Source: the human T2T-CHM13v2.0 reference genome, Homo sapiens
Length of the DNA stretch: 64,000 bases
Assembly (NCBI RefSeq): GCF_009914755.1
Contig: NC_060945.1
Reading direction: 5' to 3' (one strand)
The notes beneath the pieces were generated by a model. That model did not search any database. It was not told the origin of the DNA and saw nothing but the letters and a program-made list of their open reading frames with translations. Made by a program: the position numbers and the translations under genes. Positions 11,721-29,130 of the stretch are shown in pieces; position 1 is the first letter of the stretch; the number at the start of each line of letters is the position of its first letter.

Positions 11721-11771
11721 TGGTGATGGTGGTGATGGTGGTGGTGGTGGTGGTGGTGGTCGTGGTGCTGG
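11721..11771. repeat. Imperfect (GGT)n trinucleotide repeat
   Basis: TGGTGATGGTGGTGATGGTGGTGGTGG... Confidence 0.95.
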
Positions 11772-12344
11772 TTTTGTTCCATTTGCTTGCTTCCGGTGGC
11801 TTCACTCACATGCTTCCTCTGCAGTCCTGGTTCCCCACAGCCATGGGCAGAAGGTACAGCCTATATATGAGTCTCTATCAGTGCACAGGTGTCCAGTGTA
11901 GGAAAAAATAAAATGGAACATTACAGCACCCCGTTTAATAGACAACTTTTGAATTCACTTATGACCATGGTCTCCATGGTTCTAGGGGCTGTGAGGGCAT
12001 CAGAGATGCCTTTTGTATTTTATATTCACACAGACTCACAGTAACTCAGATGGAGGGCTGTAGGCTTTGAACCATGAACTGCCCCAGCGAGGCTGTTGGG
12101 GAAGGCGTGCAGGGCTGGCTGCTGTAACAGACCTGGCCACAGGAGATGGGAGAGATGGATGCTCAACCTTCCCCCTCCCATCCTCCGCTCATAAGAACCC
12201 TACTGTGTCCAAACACAATCAGGCACCAATCTCCTCTCCCATCCTCCTGTCTTCCCTCCTCCTGGTCATCTCTTCCCTTTAAGATCCTGGCTGTGTGTTG
12301 CCCGATTTGGTCGTGCCTCCAGTTGGTCACTCCACTCCATGGCT

Positions 12345-12500
12345 CATGTAGGCTCATGTGTGACCTCAGTAGGCTACTTGAGCTCTGGTGCCTCAGTCTC
12401 CTCCTCTGTAAGGTCAGGGTAATAACAGGACCCACCTCCTTGGGGGTTAAATGAGGCAGTGGGATAAACCGTTAAGCATAGTGCCTATTGTACCTGCCAA
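12345..12500 (+). mobile_element. MIR fragment
   Basis: TGTGACCTCAG...GCCTCAGTCTCCTCCTCTGTAA..GGGTAATAA. Confidence 0.7.
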
Positions 12501-12600
12501 TGCTTTTCTTGTTGCCACTGATAGAATTTTTTCCATTGTCTGGAAATTATTTCCATGGTGATGTGTACTGTGACAGCTGCTTTCAAAGGCACTAGTGTGA

Positions 12601-12903
12601 GGCCAGGCGCGGTGGCTCATGCCTGTAATCCCAGCACTTTGGGAGTCTGAGATGGGAGGATGGCTTCAGCCCAGGAGTTCAAGACCAGCTTGGGCAACAT
12701 GGCAAAACCCCGTTTCTACAAAAAATACAAAAACTTAGTGGCATGGTGTGTTGTGGTGTGCTTGTAGTTCCAGCCACTGGGGAGGCTGAGTTGGGAGAAT
12801 CACCTGAGTCCAGGAAGCTGAGGCTGCAGTGAACTGTGATCACACCACTGTACTCTGGCCTGGGCAACAGAGTAAGACTCTGTCTCAAAAGAAAAAAAAA
12901 AAA
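12601..12903 (+). mobile_element. Full-length Alu (AluJ-type)
   Basis: GGCCAGGCGCGGTGGCTC start; J-type GGAGGATGGCTT..GCCCAGGAG; degenerate TSD GCAC(T/C)AGTGT. Confidence 0.95.
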
Positions 12904-13715
12904 GCACCAGTGTATGCTCCGTCATTCCCATCTTCTCTTGCAATCTATTAAGAGGGTCCATGACAGCATCAGATGGTACCAAGTAAGAATGCATTTGGAA
13001 TGAGCAAAGCTGCCTTCTAAACTCCTCAGCTCCTTCCAGCTCTATCTGGACCCCCACAGTATTTTTTGAGGGGCTTCTATGAGGGATCCCCATGCCAGGG
13101 TCCATTCTTCCACGCTTGGGGTCAGAGCCCTGCTAGGGCCCCCTGCTGTGGTCTGTCCCGCACCCACATGGAAGCCAAAATGCCTCTCAGAGGGAGCTGG
13201 GGGGCAGCACCAGAACCTTCCTTGTCCTCACGCTTGACTAGCAGACAATGGGTTCTTCAGAAGCCACAGCATTTCAGCTGTTTTGGCCCCAGAGGCCACA
13301 AGCTGACTGCATGTCATTCTCCACCAGCAGAGCGTCACCTCGGGGTAGCTCCAAACAGTATCAACCGGTTTGTGGTGAGTGGATAAACACCAGGCTGGGT
13401 GAATGAAGTCACAGGCTGAGTCATCCTCTGCACATGGGGGCTGAATGGGGCTCAGTCAGGCCCAGAGGAGCCTCCCCGGCAAGGTGCTGGGGGCCAGGCT
13501 CTCCCTGCCAGTGAGGCTGGGGTCCGTCCCCAATAGTCATTCCTTTGGCCAACAAACACTTATTGAGCGCCCACCTACTAGGTGTTGGCACGAGTGAGTG
13601 GTTAATAAGTGAGCGATTATTTCTCAAAATAGATTTTGTGGTCATCTAAATTCAGAGCATGTTACCCAAAGCAGGTTTCAGCCTGTGTTTCCTACACAGA
13701 AACACTTGTTAAAAT

Positions 13716-13778
13716 AAAAAAGGAAAGAAAAGAAAAGGGAAGGGAAGGGAAGGGAAAGGAAGGGAAGGGAAGGGAGAA
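13716..13778. repeat. 63-bp pure purine tract, AAAAG grading into (AAGGG)n
   Basis: Direct reading. Confidence 0.95.
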
Positions 13779-13996
13779 CCAAGATTTTATTAATGTTAAG
13801 GTTTTAAATAGTAACTATATTTTGGTTCAGACTCATTAATTAATTTGCCATTTCAAACTGGTTGACAGGACAGAGTCAGAAAAATATTCTGATTAAGTTA
13901 ATTAAGTTTGTCTCCCAAAGTAAAATACAATAGTTAGATTAGAACTGCTTTTTGCTACCTGGGTCTTAAGGAGAAAGTGGGCCTTGAGAAGCAAAT

Positions 13997-14610
13997 AGGG
14001 CCAGGATGAGGTAAGTGAGGCACTTCCTTTGGGCACAAAATTGAAGGGGGCACCAAAAAACTCAGCTATCATGATAAAGAGTATTTTAATACAATTTTTT
14101 TGTAAAGGCTGAGCACAGTGGCTCACGCCTGTAATCCCAGCATTTTGGGAGGCCAAGGCGGGTGGATCACCTGAGGTCAGGAGTTCAAGACCAGCCTGGC
14201 CAACATGGTGAAATCCCATCTCTATTAAAAATACAAAAATTAGCCGGGCATGGTGGCAGGCACCTGTAGTCCCAGATACTCAGGAGGCTGAGGCACGAGA
14301 ATCTCTTGAACCTGGGAGGCGGAGGTATGCAGTGAGCTGAGATGGTGCCACTGCACTCCAGTCTGGAGTGAGACTCAGTCTCAATTTAAAATATATATAT
14401 TTTTTATTAAAATATATATATATTTTAATAAAATATATATATATTTTAATAAAAAATATATATATACATACACACATAAACATATATACACACACGTATA
14501 TACACACGCATATGTGTGTATATATATAAAATCAAAATTGATGCAGAAATTCATGATGAACAAAATATAAAATGTTTAAATACAGACAGGAGCAGTGCTA
14601 CCAATTTTTC
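13997..14610 (+). mobile_element. MER96B-like hAT DNA transposon remnant, split by an Alu (pieces ~13997-14106 and ~14527-14610)
   Basis: GTGAGGCACTT..GGGCACAAAATTGAAGGGGGCACCAAAAAACTCAG..., resuming AAAATCAAAATTGATGCAGAAATTCATGATGAACAAAATAT; family name from memory. Confidence 0.6.
14107..14383 (+). mobile_element. AluS with a small 3' deletion; tail replaced by AT/TA/CA repeats (to ~14528)
   Basis: Both arms present; GGATCACCTGAGGTCAGGAGTTC. Confidence 0.95.
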
Positions 14611-14829
14611 TCAGATTCCAACAGCAAACGCCCTGCTCTCCTCCCCCTAGTTTCCCACAGCTGCCCCACTGTCCCTGCACACCCTTGGCCAGATGGGGGA
14701 AAAGCTGATATTAGCTCACAGAAATGACAGCCAGGCACTGGGCGAATTCAAATCTCCACAGACATTGCCTCTGCTGGCTGATTCCAGGACAGTGTGACAG
14801 GGTGTCACAGGGGTGGCGCTGTGTCCTGG

Positions 14830-15015
14830 TGGAGAGCCCTGGCATCAGGAGGTCTCTGCCTTCAAATCCCTGTCCCACCCTTCCTAGCTTCCTTACCTTG
14901 TGCTTTAGCTCTTTAAGCCTTGACATCTTCATCTGTAAAATGGGGGTGATAATGTGTTGATCTCATGGGATTCAATGAGGCACACAAGGGCTCAGCAGAG
15001 CTCCTGGAACCATTA
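14830..15015 (+). mobile_element. MIR fragment
   Basis: TTCAAATCCC...CTTCATCTGTAAAATGGGGGTGATAAT. Confidence 0.7.
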
Positions 15016-15809
15016 TCATTGTAGACATGTCCACGGGCAAATCTCATCCCCTCCACTCTGGGTGGGAGCTGCATTTCCTCTGTTGAGGGAATGACTCCTA
15101 TTCCATTCAGCTGTTACTGGGGAGACCTGTGGGGCAGCTCCTCGTGAGGAATGCAGGATTTGTGATACCACATATGTGAGTTTGTTTTGTTTTGCTTTAA
15201 GCAAACCTCTAGAAATAGTCCTAGTAGTAGCAGTAGCAATAATAGCGCTTAGCACTTTTGCTGAGCATTTTCTCAGGATGCTAGTTAGTGCCAGGCCTGT
15301 GCTAAGGCCTGTGTTGAGCCCAACAAGAGAGACAGCAGGTGGTGAGGCTGGAGTGAGCTGTTGTCCTGGGGCCCATCCCATCCAGCAAACTTCTGGCCTC
15401 AATGTCTGAAGCCTGGGGTGTGAGCTAACATCAGCTTTTCCCCCATCTGGGCGAGGGTGGGCAGGTGTGTGTGGGGTGGGGGCAAGCACCCCCCTCGACC
15501 AGGCCTAGGTCTTCAGCCCTGGCTCTGTGCTTCCCAACCCCCCCATTCCCCCCTCACCAGGTGGCAGCATATCACCCCGGGCTGGGAAGCCTGTTGACTC
15601 CTGGGGCCACTGAATCACAGCACCCTTGAAAATCAAACATAGTGAGCCATGGAACATGGCCCCATGTCACCTGAATTGGAAAAATAAAGGGGTTTTGTTT
15701 TCCAAGCAATGGCTGATGCTCACAACAAACTGCTGCCCCTCACACCAAAATCTTAAATCTTGTCTTGGGAGATGGTTCACCAAGACAAGGAACAGACAGC
15801 TTATCTTTA

Positions 15810-16397
<588 letters not shown>

Positions 16398-16621
16398 TCA
16401 TGCTTGGCTATTGTAGATCAAATGACATTCCATGATTCACAACTGAAACAGTGTTAAAGCCTTTAAAACAAGATTCACAGACACTGGGTCACAGTCCACA
16501 CATTACACATGGCATTCATAGTCAGCGATACCAGGATGACGGTTTTACCATTTCTACCTTGAAACCGTTGTGGAGAGAAAGAAAGGGAGAGTTTGCAGCT
16601 ACTCTCAATAGCAATTTTTGA

Positions 16622-16950
<329 letters not shown>

Positions 16951-17284
16951 CCATTATTTTTTTGAATAGTAAAGGGATTACATGTACTCATTGTAAATGA
17001 GTTAGACCATTTTAAAAACAATGCAGAAGACAAAAATTTTCTATAATCTCACTACTCTGAGAAAGCCACTGCTCATGATACCCTGATATAGGTAGTTACA
17101 GGTTTTCTTATTTGCATATGCACACATATAATCAAATATATGATACAGATTGGAATTAAACTACACAGGCAGGCTTATAGTCGGCTTTATTCATTTAGTA
17201 ATATATTGTGATACCTTTCAGTGCCAATAAATGTACCCTTATATAACCCTTTCAACTGAGGATCTCAATGTATGCTATCCTGTG

Positions 17285-17459
<175 letters not shown>

Positions 17460-17705
17460 TGAAATATCTCCCTATAAATGAACATTTCATCCCCCCTCAA
17501 CATTTTTATATAAATCAGACAGTAATGAACATCCTTCCACATACATAGATATGTTCTAAATCAGTTTCTCCTTGGATTAACTTCTAGGGTAGAATCAGCA
17601 AATGTATGTCGTCAAGTAGGTCCCTCCAGCAAGGCAGAATCAATCTACACTCCCACCTGGAGAACCCGAGAACGTGTGACCCAGTGGCCTTGGCAGCACT
17701 GGGTG

Positions 17706-18006
17706 TTTTTCTTTTTTTTTTTTTTTGGTGGAGTCTTGCTCTGTTGCCCAGGCTGGAGTGCAATGGCACGATCTCGGCTCACTGTAACTCTCCACTTCCT
17801 CGGTTCAAGTGATTCTCCTGTCTCAGCCTCCCAAGTAGCTGGGATTACAGGCACCTGCCATCATGCCCAGCTAATTTTTGTATTTTTCGTAGTGATGGGG
17901 TTTCGCAATGTTAGCAAGGCTGGTCTTGAACTCCTGACCTCAGGTGACCTGCCTGCCTCAGCCTCCCAAAGTTTTGGGATTACAGGCATGAGCCACTGTG
18001 CCCAGC
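17706..18006 (-). mobile_element. AluSx-type inserted in old L1 sequence
   Basis: TSD GGGTGTTTTTCTTTT at 17701-17715 and 18007-18021. Confidence 0.96.
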
Positions 18007-18659
18007 GGGTGTTTTTCTTTTAAATTATGTTTTTGTGTTTATTTATTATTTTATATCTTTCTATGATTATAGCACCTATGCAAGATCATTGTAGAATTTC
18101 AAACATTATCAATGTATATAAAGTAAAATTCCCTCCCTGAGTTCTCCTATCCTAGTTCCACACCTGCATATAACCTGATTGTATTTCTTCCAAATTTTCC
18201 TTTCAATGCCCACACTAAAAAGAATTTCGTTTTGCCACAAAAATAGTATATTATTAAGATTGGCAACTTGCCTTTTTCTTTGTGTACTTCCACATAGGCT
18301 GTGGTTTTCTTTCCACATCATTTATACATAGGCCCCATTTTGTAGCGGCTGCTACATGTTCCACAGAATGGACATAACCTGTCCCTCGTGGAGGGCCATT
18401 TTCATTATTTTCAGTATTTGCAATAATATACTTGCTCACATAGTTTGGCATGTGCATGGGACTTCCTATCTATGATCATTCCTAGAAAAACACTAGTGCT
18501 GAAGAGTTTGCGTGTTTGAAATGCCCATAGCTGTTGTCAAATTGCCCTCCAAAATGAACATTCCTGCCAACAATAATGAAAGCACCTGTTTCCATCAGGG
18601 TCTTTAAACAGGGATTAGCTGTTCACTTAGCAGGCATATGTGGTAGACATGTTTTCTGT

Positions 18660-18800
18660 TGATGTTTACCAGTTTATGATAAAGGATATTGCAAAGGATC
18701 CAGGTGAAGGAGGACAGTGGCATGGCATGAAGGAGGGCCCCAGAGCTCCTACGTTGTCTCCAGGTGCCCCTTCCTCTGGCACCTTCATGTGTTCACCCTG
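18660..18800. mobile_element. MER21/MER77-like LTR fragment
   Basis: TTTACCAGTTTATGATAAAGGATATTGCAAAGGAT...CTTCATGTGTTCA resembles the recalled consensus. Confidence 0.55.
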
Positions 18801-19182
18801 TAGATATATTTTCTGGAAAGTGGGGAGAACCAACCTAGTAGTTCTGCGAGGATCCCTTAGACATCTTCACTCACCTGAGGTTACGGTGCCCTGTCCTCTC
18901 TCCGTCTTCCACCTCATCTCACACACATATACATTTGCAAGGTTATGCTTGACACCATCAGCAATATTTATGATTTGTTCATAAGATAGGATCAGCATTA
19001 AATGACCCACCCTCTACCCAGATCAACCAATTGCAGACAGGCAGATGCATAACTCACTTTCATACAATTTGAGAATTTCTAATTTTCCACTTCTGTAAGA
19101 GAGGAACACAGTTGGTCCTTCATAACCCACCACTGGGAGATGGTTTAAAGACCATCATACAGCATTATTGAAATACATCAGG

Positions 19183-19500
19183 CCTACATTGTCCAATATG
19201 GCAGCTCCTAGGAACATGGAACTCCTGAGCACTGGAAATGTGTCCATCCAAATTGGGATGTGCCACAGGTGTGAAATACATACTAGAAATACATACTTTT
19301 TCATAGGAAGAAAAAAAAGTAAACTATCTCAATAATTTTTGTATTGATTACAAGCTGAAATGGTAACCTCTTAGAAATACTGGTTAAATGAAACACACTA
19401 TTAAAATTAATTTTATGTTTCTTTTCATTGTTTAACATAGCTACTGGAACATTTAAAATTACATATGTGGCTTGTATTCTATTTCTACTGGGTGGCATTG
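19183..19500. mobile_element. MER33-like hAT-Charlie MITE
   Basis: GTCCAATATGGCAGC...GAGCACTGGAAATGTG...TTTAAAATTACATATGTGGCTTGTATT..ATTTCTA; about 320 bp. Confidence 0.75.
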
Positions 19501-19560
19501 CTCTAAGTTGTTTGTACAGCTGCAGATATACATCGAGGCTTTGTGTGTGTGTGCTTATTT

Positions 19561-19595
<35 letters not shown>

Positions 19596-20539
19596 TTCTC
19601 TCTTCATTCCTTCAACTCAGTTCAACAATCTAATTTGCAGAGATGACTATTTCAAAGATGACACCTGTCACTTTGGCTGTCTGGTATATGAACCAACGGT
19701 GTGCTGGCAAAATGGCTCTCTGAAGGAACAGCAAAGCCCCAGTTTGTCATTTTTGCCCATTTCTGTGGTGTAAATACTCCCATCACTGCCAAATCCAGGC
19801 TGCCAATATGATGTCCCTGAACCTGGAACTGGGAAGAGACAAGCGTTCTGGTGAGTGGGTCCTGCCAGCTCCAGCACACCATGGGTTATGAGTCCTCTTC
19901 TTATGAATTCCCAGCCACACAAAAGGCAGGGCTCCCATGGCCCCTCTGGAAGCCAAAGGTGGCATCTGTTTCCTCCCCCCAACCCTGGACACCTATAGCT
20001 TGGGCCCATGGGCTATGGGAGGCCAATCAAATGCTCCTACCCAGGATGTTGGATCTCAAGGGGTTGATGGACAGGCAGGGGGCTTATTTGAGAACATCTG
20101 TGGTGGCTGCAGCAGACTCAAGCTTTCAGAGGAATGGAGATGAGCACCTGTGGGGGGTAGTGGAGACCACCGGGGCTAGAGTCCAGTGGTGGAATCCAGC
20201 TGTGATAGCAGCTACTGTCTCGTGGCAATGGGGACAGTGGTGGCATCCAAGGTAGACTACTCCTGCAGCAGGATCTCACTTGTCCTTGTTACCCCTGAAG
20301 CAGGTTCCTCAGCCTCCACCTTGAGTTGATGAGCTGGCCACTCTCCCTCCATTGATTCCTTTTCTGCTAGGTCACCTAGAGTCAGAAACTTGCACTAGGC
20401 ATTTACCTGTAACAGTCAGGTGATGTAACAGGCGATGTGGCTGAAATGCAGTGCAGAGAAGGGACCGGCTACCGCCAGGTGAGAGACGTTCTGAAAGCAG
20501 AGGGCTCATTAGAATCATCACCTTTAAAAACAGGCATGT

Positions 20540-21375
<836 letters not shown>

Positions 21376-21378
21376 TTC

Positions 21379-21665
21379 AGCCTGGGCACAGTAGCTCGCA
21401 CCTGTAATGCCAGCACTTTGGGAGGCCCAGGAGGATCACTAGAGCCCAGAAGTTCAAGACCAACCTGGGCAATACAGCAATACCTAATTTCTACTAAAAA
21501 AAAAAAAAAATTAGCTGGGCATGGTGGCACACACATGTAGCCCCAGCTAATGGGGAGGATCCCTTGAGCCCAGGAGTTTGAGGCTGCAGTGAGCTTTGAT
21601 CACACCACTGCACTCCAGCCTGGGTGAGAGAGCAAAATGCTGCCTCAAAATCATAAGAATAATAA
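21379..21665 (+). mobile_element. AluJ with internal deletions
   Basis: GGAGGATCACTAGAGCCCAGAAG...GAGGCTGCAGTGAGC. Confidence 0.9.
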
Positions 21666-23701
21666 TTTTATAAAAACAGGCACACATCTAGTTTCCACTC
21701 CTGAAGAACTTTGAGCTGGGATTGACGCTGGGTGGGTATGCAGTTTCTAAAACTCCACGGGCGAGAACAGCCAATTGTGCATGGCTGCCCAGGGATGGAA
21801 CGACTTGACTCGAGAGGGTCCAGTGTCAATGGCTGTGCTGCCTGAGAGTCTCCAGTTTCTAGACTAGTTTCTAAACCAAAGGCAGCCTCAAGTGCCTGTG
21901 GGTTAAAGCAGCTGCAGGTGTATGTTGAACTAATTCAACTAAGTTGAACTCTATCAACTAAATGAATTAGTCATCAACATTTGCAAATTGGAAGATTTTA
22001 CATGACAAATGCAGATTTTGAATTTCTCTAGAAAAATTAGAAGACATGGCCGCACCGGCCCAGCTTCCACATGGCCCAGTAAGTTAGAGCTGAGGGAGGA
22101 TAACCGCCTCGGGCCTCGGTCTCCTCTATTCCCTTCTGCACTACCCCAGCCCACCTCAGCTGCTCTCCGACATTCTAGGTTTGTGATTCACACTTGAAAT
22201 AAGCAAGCTGACCTGTGCCAAGAGCTCCAGTCCCTTTAAACTCTGCTTCTGTCTTCAAGTAGCTTACAAAATCGTGCCCAGATTAATGGATAAATAAATA
22301 GTATGAGTTACAAATGCCAAAATAATACAGACAGATACCAAAAGCCCAATCCTCGCTTTAATTTTGTCACTGATTTCTGAAGCAACGCTGTTTTGCTAAA
22401 CTGTAAACATGGGCTGTCACTCTAACATTTAAATTCTTCTTTATTTTTTATTCTTTGTTGATTTAACAGGCGTCAGCATTGAAACAAATTCATAAAGTCA
22501 GTCTTGGATCTTATTTACTGAGGTTTCCATTTCAAAGAAACCTGGAATACTCAGATTTATCTTGGCTGGCAGAAGGTGATGGAGGCTTGCGGGGGTTGTT
22601 GGGAGAGTGGATATAAAAATCATGAGTCCTTTTTTTTTGAAAAGCAAAATATGGGGCTCCCTCAAGCCACTGCACAATGATCTCAACCCCATCAATAAGG
22701 GTGATCATCGAAGCTCCTTCCTGATTTGGGAGCCTGTATTCAGGGAATTACCCTGGGAATATTCACAACGGGCTCAGCCAGGAATAGCTGGAATACTTCC
22801 CAGGGGGCGGGAGAGCCATGATGCCAAGTCTCAGACTCTCTTTGACGATGCTATTTTTTCCTCTCAAATTACATCATTTCTAATCATTTCCCATAGGCTT
22901 TCTAGATTTAAAAAGAAGGAGAAAAAGGAGGGAATTTGGAGGCCGTGAGGACATTAGTATCCATTTTCTAATTTTTATTTTTCAACTATCACCCTTTTAA
23001 CATGAGATCCCAATGCTGCCTTCCCGTCTGACCTGGAGACATACAGGGACCACAGACACAAGGCCTGAAAAATCAGTCGCTTCAGTTTGGAGGGGCAGCT
23101 CCGGTAGAAAAGATACCTCCGCTTCAAAACCCAATGGGCCTCAAACTTCTTAGCTCGCTTCCTAAAGTCAGCACAGTGCTCACAGTTGGCCTGTGGGCCT
23201 GCACAGTAATCCCATAAACACACGCATGTTTGTCCTAAAGACTGAACATCTCCTCAGGCCACCTGTGGCGGGAGCTTCCATAGCAGCTCTCTGCAGGTCC
23301 ATAGCAGGGCCATAGTGAGAAGCGGCCTGCCAGGAGACTTTCTGATTCCATCTTGAGCTGTCACATGGGGTTCCAGCCGCACAACCCCTATAAGAGCATG
23401 CCAGGCTCCCTGTGGGCCCAGGGACAGTTTCCTTTAGGGAAGCAGGTATTATTTATATCATCAAAGCAGACTAGATTATGCAATGTCATTTCAAATTGGC
23501 ATAAACAGATTCATGATAGCACAAGGTTATCTGTTGAAAATAATCTTCGAGTTTGGTAGAAGTGAAGGGTTTCAACCGTGTGTTTCAACCGTTGTTAGAC
23601 TGTTTGGCTGAATGAAATATGTGACTAATGCCTATACCTAGCTGGCTTCTCCATCTTCCAGCGGGAGCTGGGGAACCTCTCAAAAAAGTAGACATATGAC
23701 C

Positions 23702-24253
23702 TGTATTAGTCACGGTTCTCTAGAGGGACAGGACGAATAGGATAGATGTATATATGAAGGGGAGTTTATTAAAGGGAATTGACTCATGAGATCACAAGGT
23801 GAAGTCCCACAACAGGCCATCTGCAAGCTGGGGAACAAGGAAGCCAGTCCAAGTCCCAAAACCTCAAAAATAGGGAAGCTGACAGTGCAGGCTTCAGTCT
23901 GTGGCTGAAAGCCCAAGAGCCCCTGGCAAACCACTGGTGTAAGCCCAAGAGCCCAAAAGCTGAAGGACTTGGAGTCCAGTGTTTGAGGGCAGGAAGCATC
24001 CAGCATGGGAGAAAGATGAAGGCCGGAAGACTCAGCCACTCTAGTCCTTCTAACTTCTCCTGCCTGCTTTATGCTAGCCTCCCTGGCAGCTGATTAGATA
24101 GATGGTGCCCACCCAGATTAAGGGTGGGTCTGCCTCTCCCAGTCCATGGACTCAAATGATAATCTCCTTTGGCAACAGCCTCACAGACACACCCAGAACA
24201 ATACTTTGCATCCTTCAATCCAGTCAAGTTGACATTCAGTATTAACCATCACA
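23702..24253 (-). mobile_element. MLT2A-family solo LTR (HERV-L; probably MLT2A2)
   Basis: Minus strand begins TGTGATGGTTAATACTGAATGTCAACTTG and ends ...AGAGAACCGTGACTAATACA; TG...CA termini; about 550 bp. Confidence 0.9.
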
Positions 24254-24287
24254 CTACCCAATACATGTGTTGCATTCTGCTGAGTGC

Positions 24288-24610
<323 letters not shown>

Positions 24611-25629
24611 TGATTAACATTTATCAGTCTGGTGAGCAAAATCCCTGTAGGATAGGATATCAAAAACACAGAAATTCCCAATCCCCACCCGTGGCTAGTC
24701 ACCCAAGACCAACCCCCTCAACTTGCCCCCAAGCTTGCTCTATTTCCCCCTTCTTCCCTCAGGCACTGCATTTGCCAACACCGCACTTGCCACTCTCCTG
24801 CCTTCACAGCTGCTCACACTGCCACTCTTTCCGCCATCCAGTCAGCCTCCCTGTGCCCCCTTTGTCCCTCCAAAAGAGTCCTACAAACTCTTCAGACTTG
24901 GCTCCAATGCCGGCCCCATGCCTCTCTGACCACTTAGGCAGAGGCAACCTCCCTCTCCCTTGCATGTCCTCCAGGGCAGGGGTGAGATCTCACTTCACCT
25001 TGCACCCTCCAGGGACCCTGAAAATAGGGCAGACCCTGGATAAACATGGGGAGGAGAGAGGGAGATAGCAGGGGAAGGAAGATAAGGCAGGACAGAGGAT
25101 GCAGTGAGAAAGACAGAGAGGAAGGCAGGTTATTAGAGTCAGGTAGCAGAATGCGATCTTAATCTAACTGCTTCAATTGTGTATTCAAATAGAAAACAAG
25201 ACCATTCCAAAAAGTAAACTCCTTCCCAGATCTCTGAAGAATTTATATAATGGAATTGAAACTTTGAGAACACAATGCCAATAGCTCCTCTGGCTACCAA
25301 TCTTATGCTGTGAAATAAATAAATGATGTGAGGGCTTTGCTTAGGGATACCCAGGGCTACAAAATGCAAAAGAAATGTGCATTTCAAACACAGGAAAGGC
25401 CAGTTCCACAGGCCATATGGGTGCCCGAGGAAGCTCTAGTCTTCTTATTTTATGAACATATAATTCATCTTTCTATTTCCTGGCATCTGCTCTTATTTCA
25501 TTAAGATATTCACTCTTTGGCTTCTCTCTCCCAGGAATTAGAGGTGAAGGATAGGCCATGCCTGAACTAAAACAAACACTTTGTGGAGCTTGCCCCACTC
25601 AATCCATTTAAAATCAACTCCTACTATAG

Positions 25630-26038
<409 letters not shown>

Positions 26039-26127
26039 TAGTTTTAGCATTTTTCTTCTATTTTTCAGCACAACTTTAAAACATTCCTCTTTTATACTTG
26101 GCAAAATGCTTTAGAAACCTTTTCTTA

Positions 26128-26463
<336 letters not shown>

Positions 26464-26744
26464 TCAATAAGGTAGCAGAACCATCATCATGTATAGATAA
26501 TTCAGATACATTCAATTGTAATAAATTCACACAGGCTTCAAGCTCGAAAGTATCCTGGAATTGAGAGCCCAGCAACACAGCAGTAATATGGGCAGTAACA
26601 AGTCCCAGCTCTGCATGAAGAAGTGAAGAGCCTGATGTAACTTACACAAGCTTTGATCTTGTGTGTGTATCTTGAACATGTGATAATTCACAGCAGTAAT
26701 GTGATTTTGAGCCACTAAATGACAATGTGTGATTGCTTCTTTTT

Positions 26745-27044
<300 letters not shown>

Positions 27045-27379
27045 CTTATTTTTTATTTTGATCGTCTTTCTGCCAGGTCCTGGGAGGCTTTTTGGGGTGC
27101 TGGTGTCTGTGTTGATTCCCCCACTCCTGTACACACCCGTCTGCTTGCGTGGGATCCACTGGGTAGTGTCACAGTTGACCAGACAGAACTTTCTAATCAG
27201 TTTTCCAAAGCCGTGATGAGGGTTTGGTGTTTTCTTCTGAGAATCTCACTTTCACAGTGTTTCCCCCACCAAATGCAGTGAAATTCAGCGTCTTTTTTTG
27301 GTTTTGTTTTTGTTTTTTTCTGAAGCTCTTGGAAAACAGCACTCAGGAAACGCACCAACTGGGCAACCTCTATCTTACC

Positions 27380-29130
<1,751 letters not shown>

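Noticed and set aside
23569-23592. GTTTCAACCGT tandem pair resembling a CRISPR repeat start
   Set aside because: Only two 11-bp copies with a 2-bp gap in eukaryotic DNA; ordinary micro-duplication.
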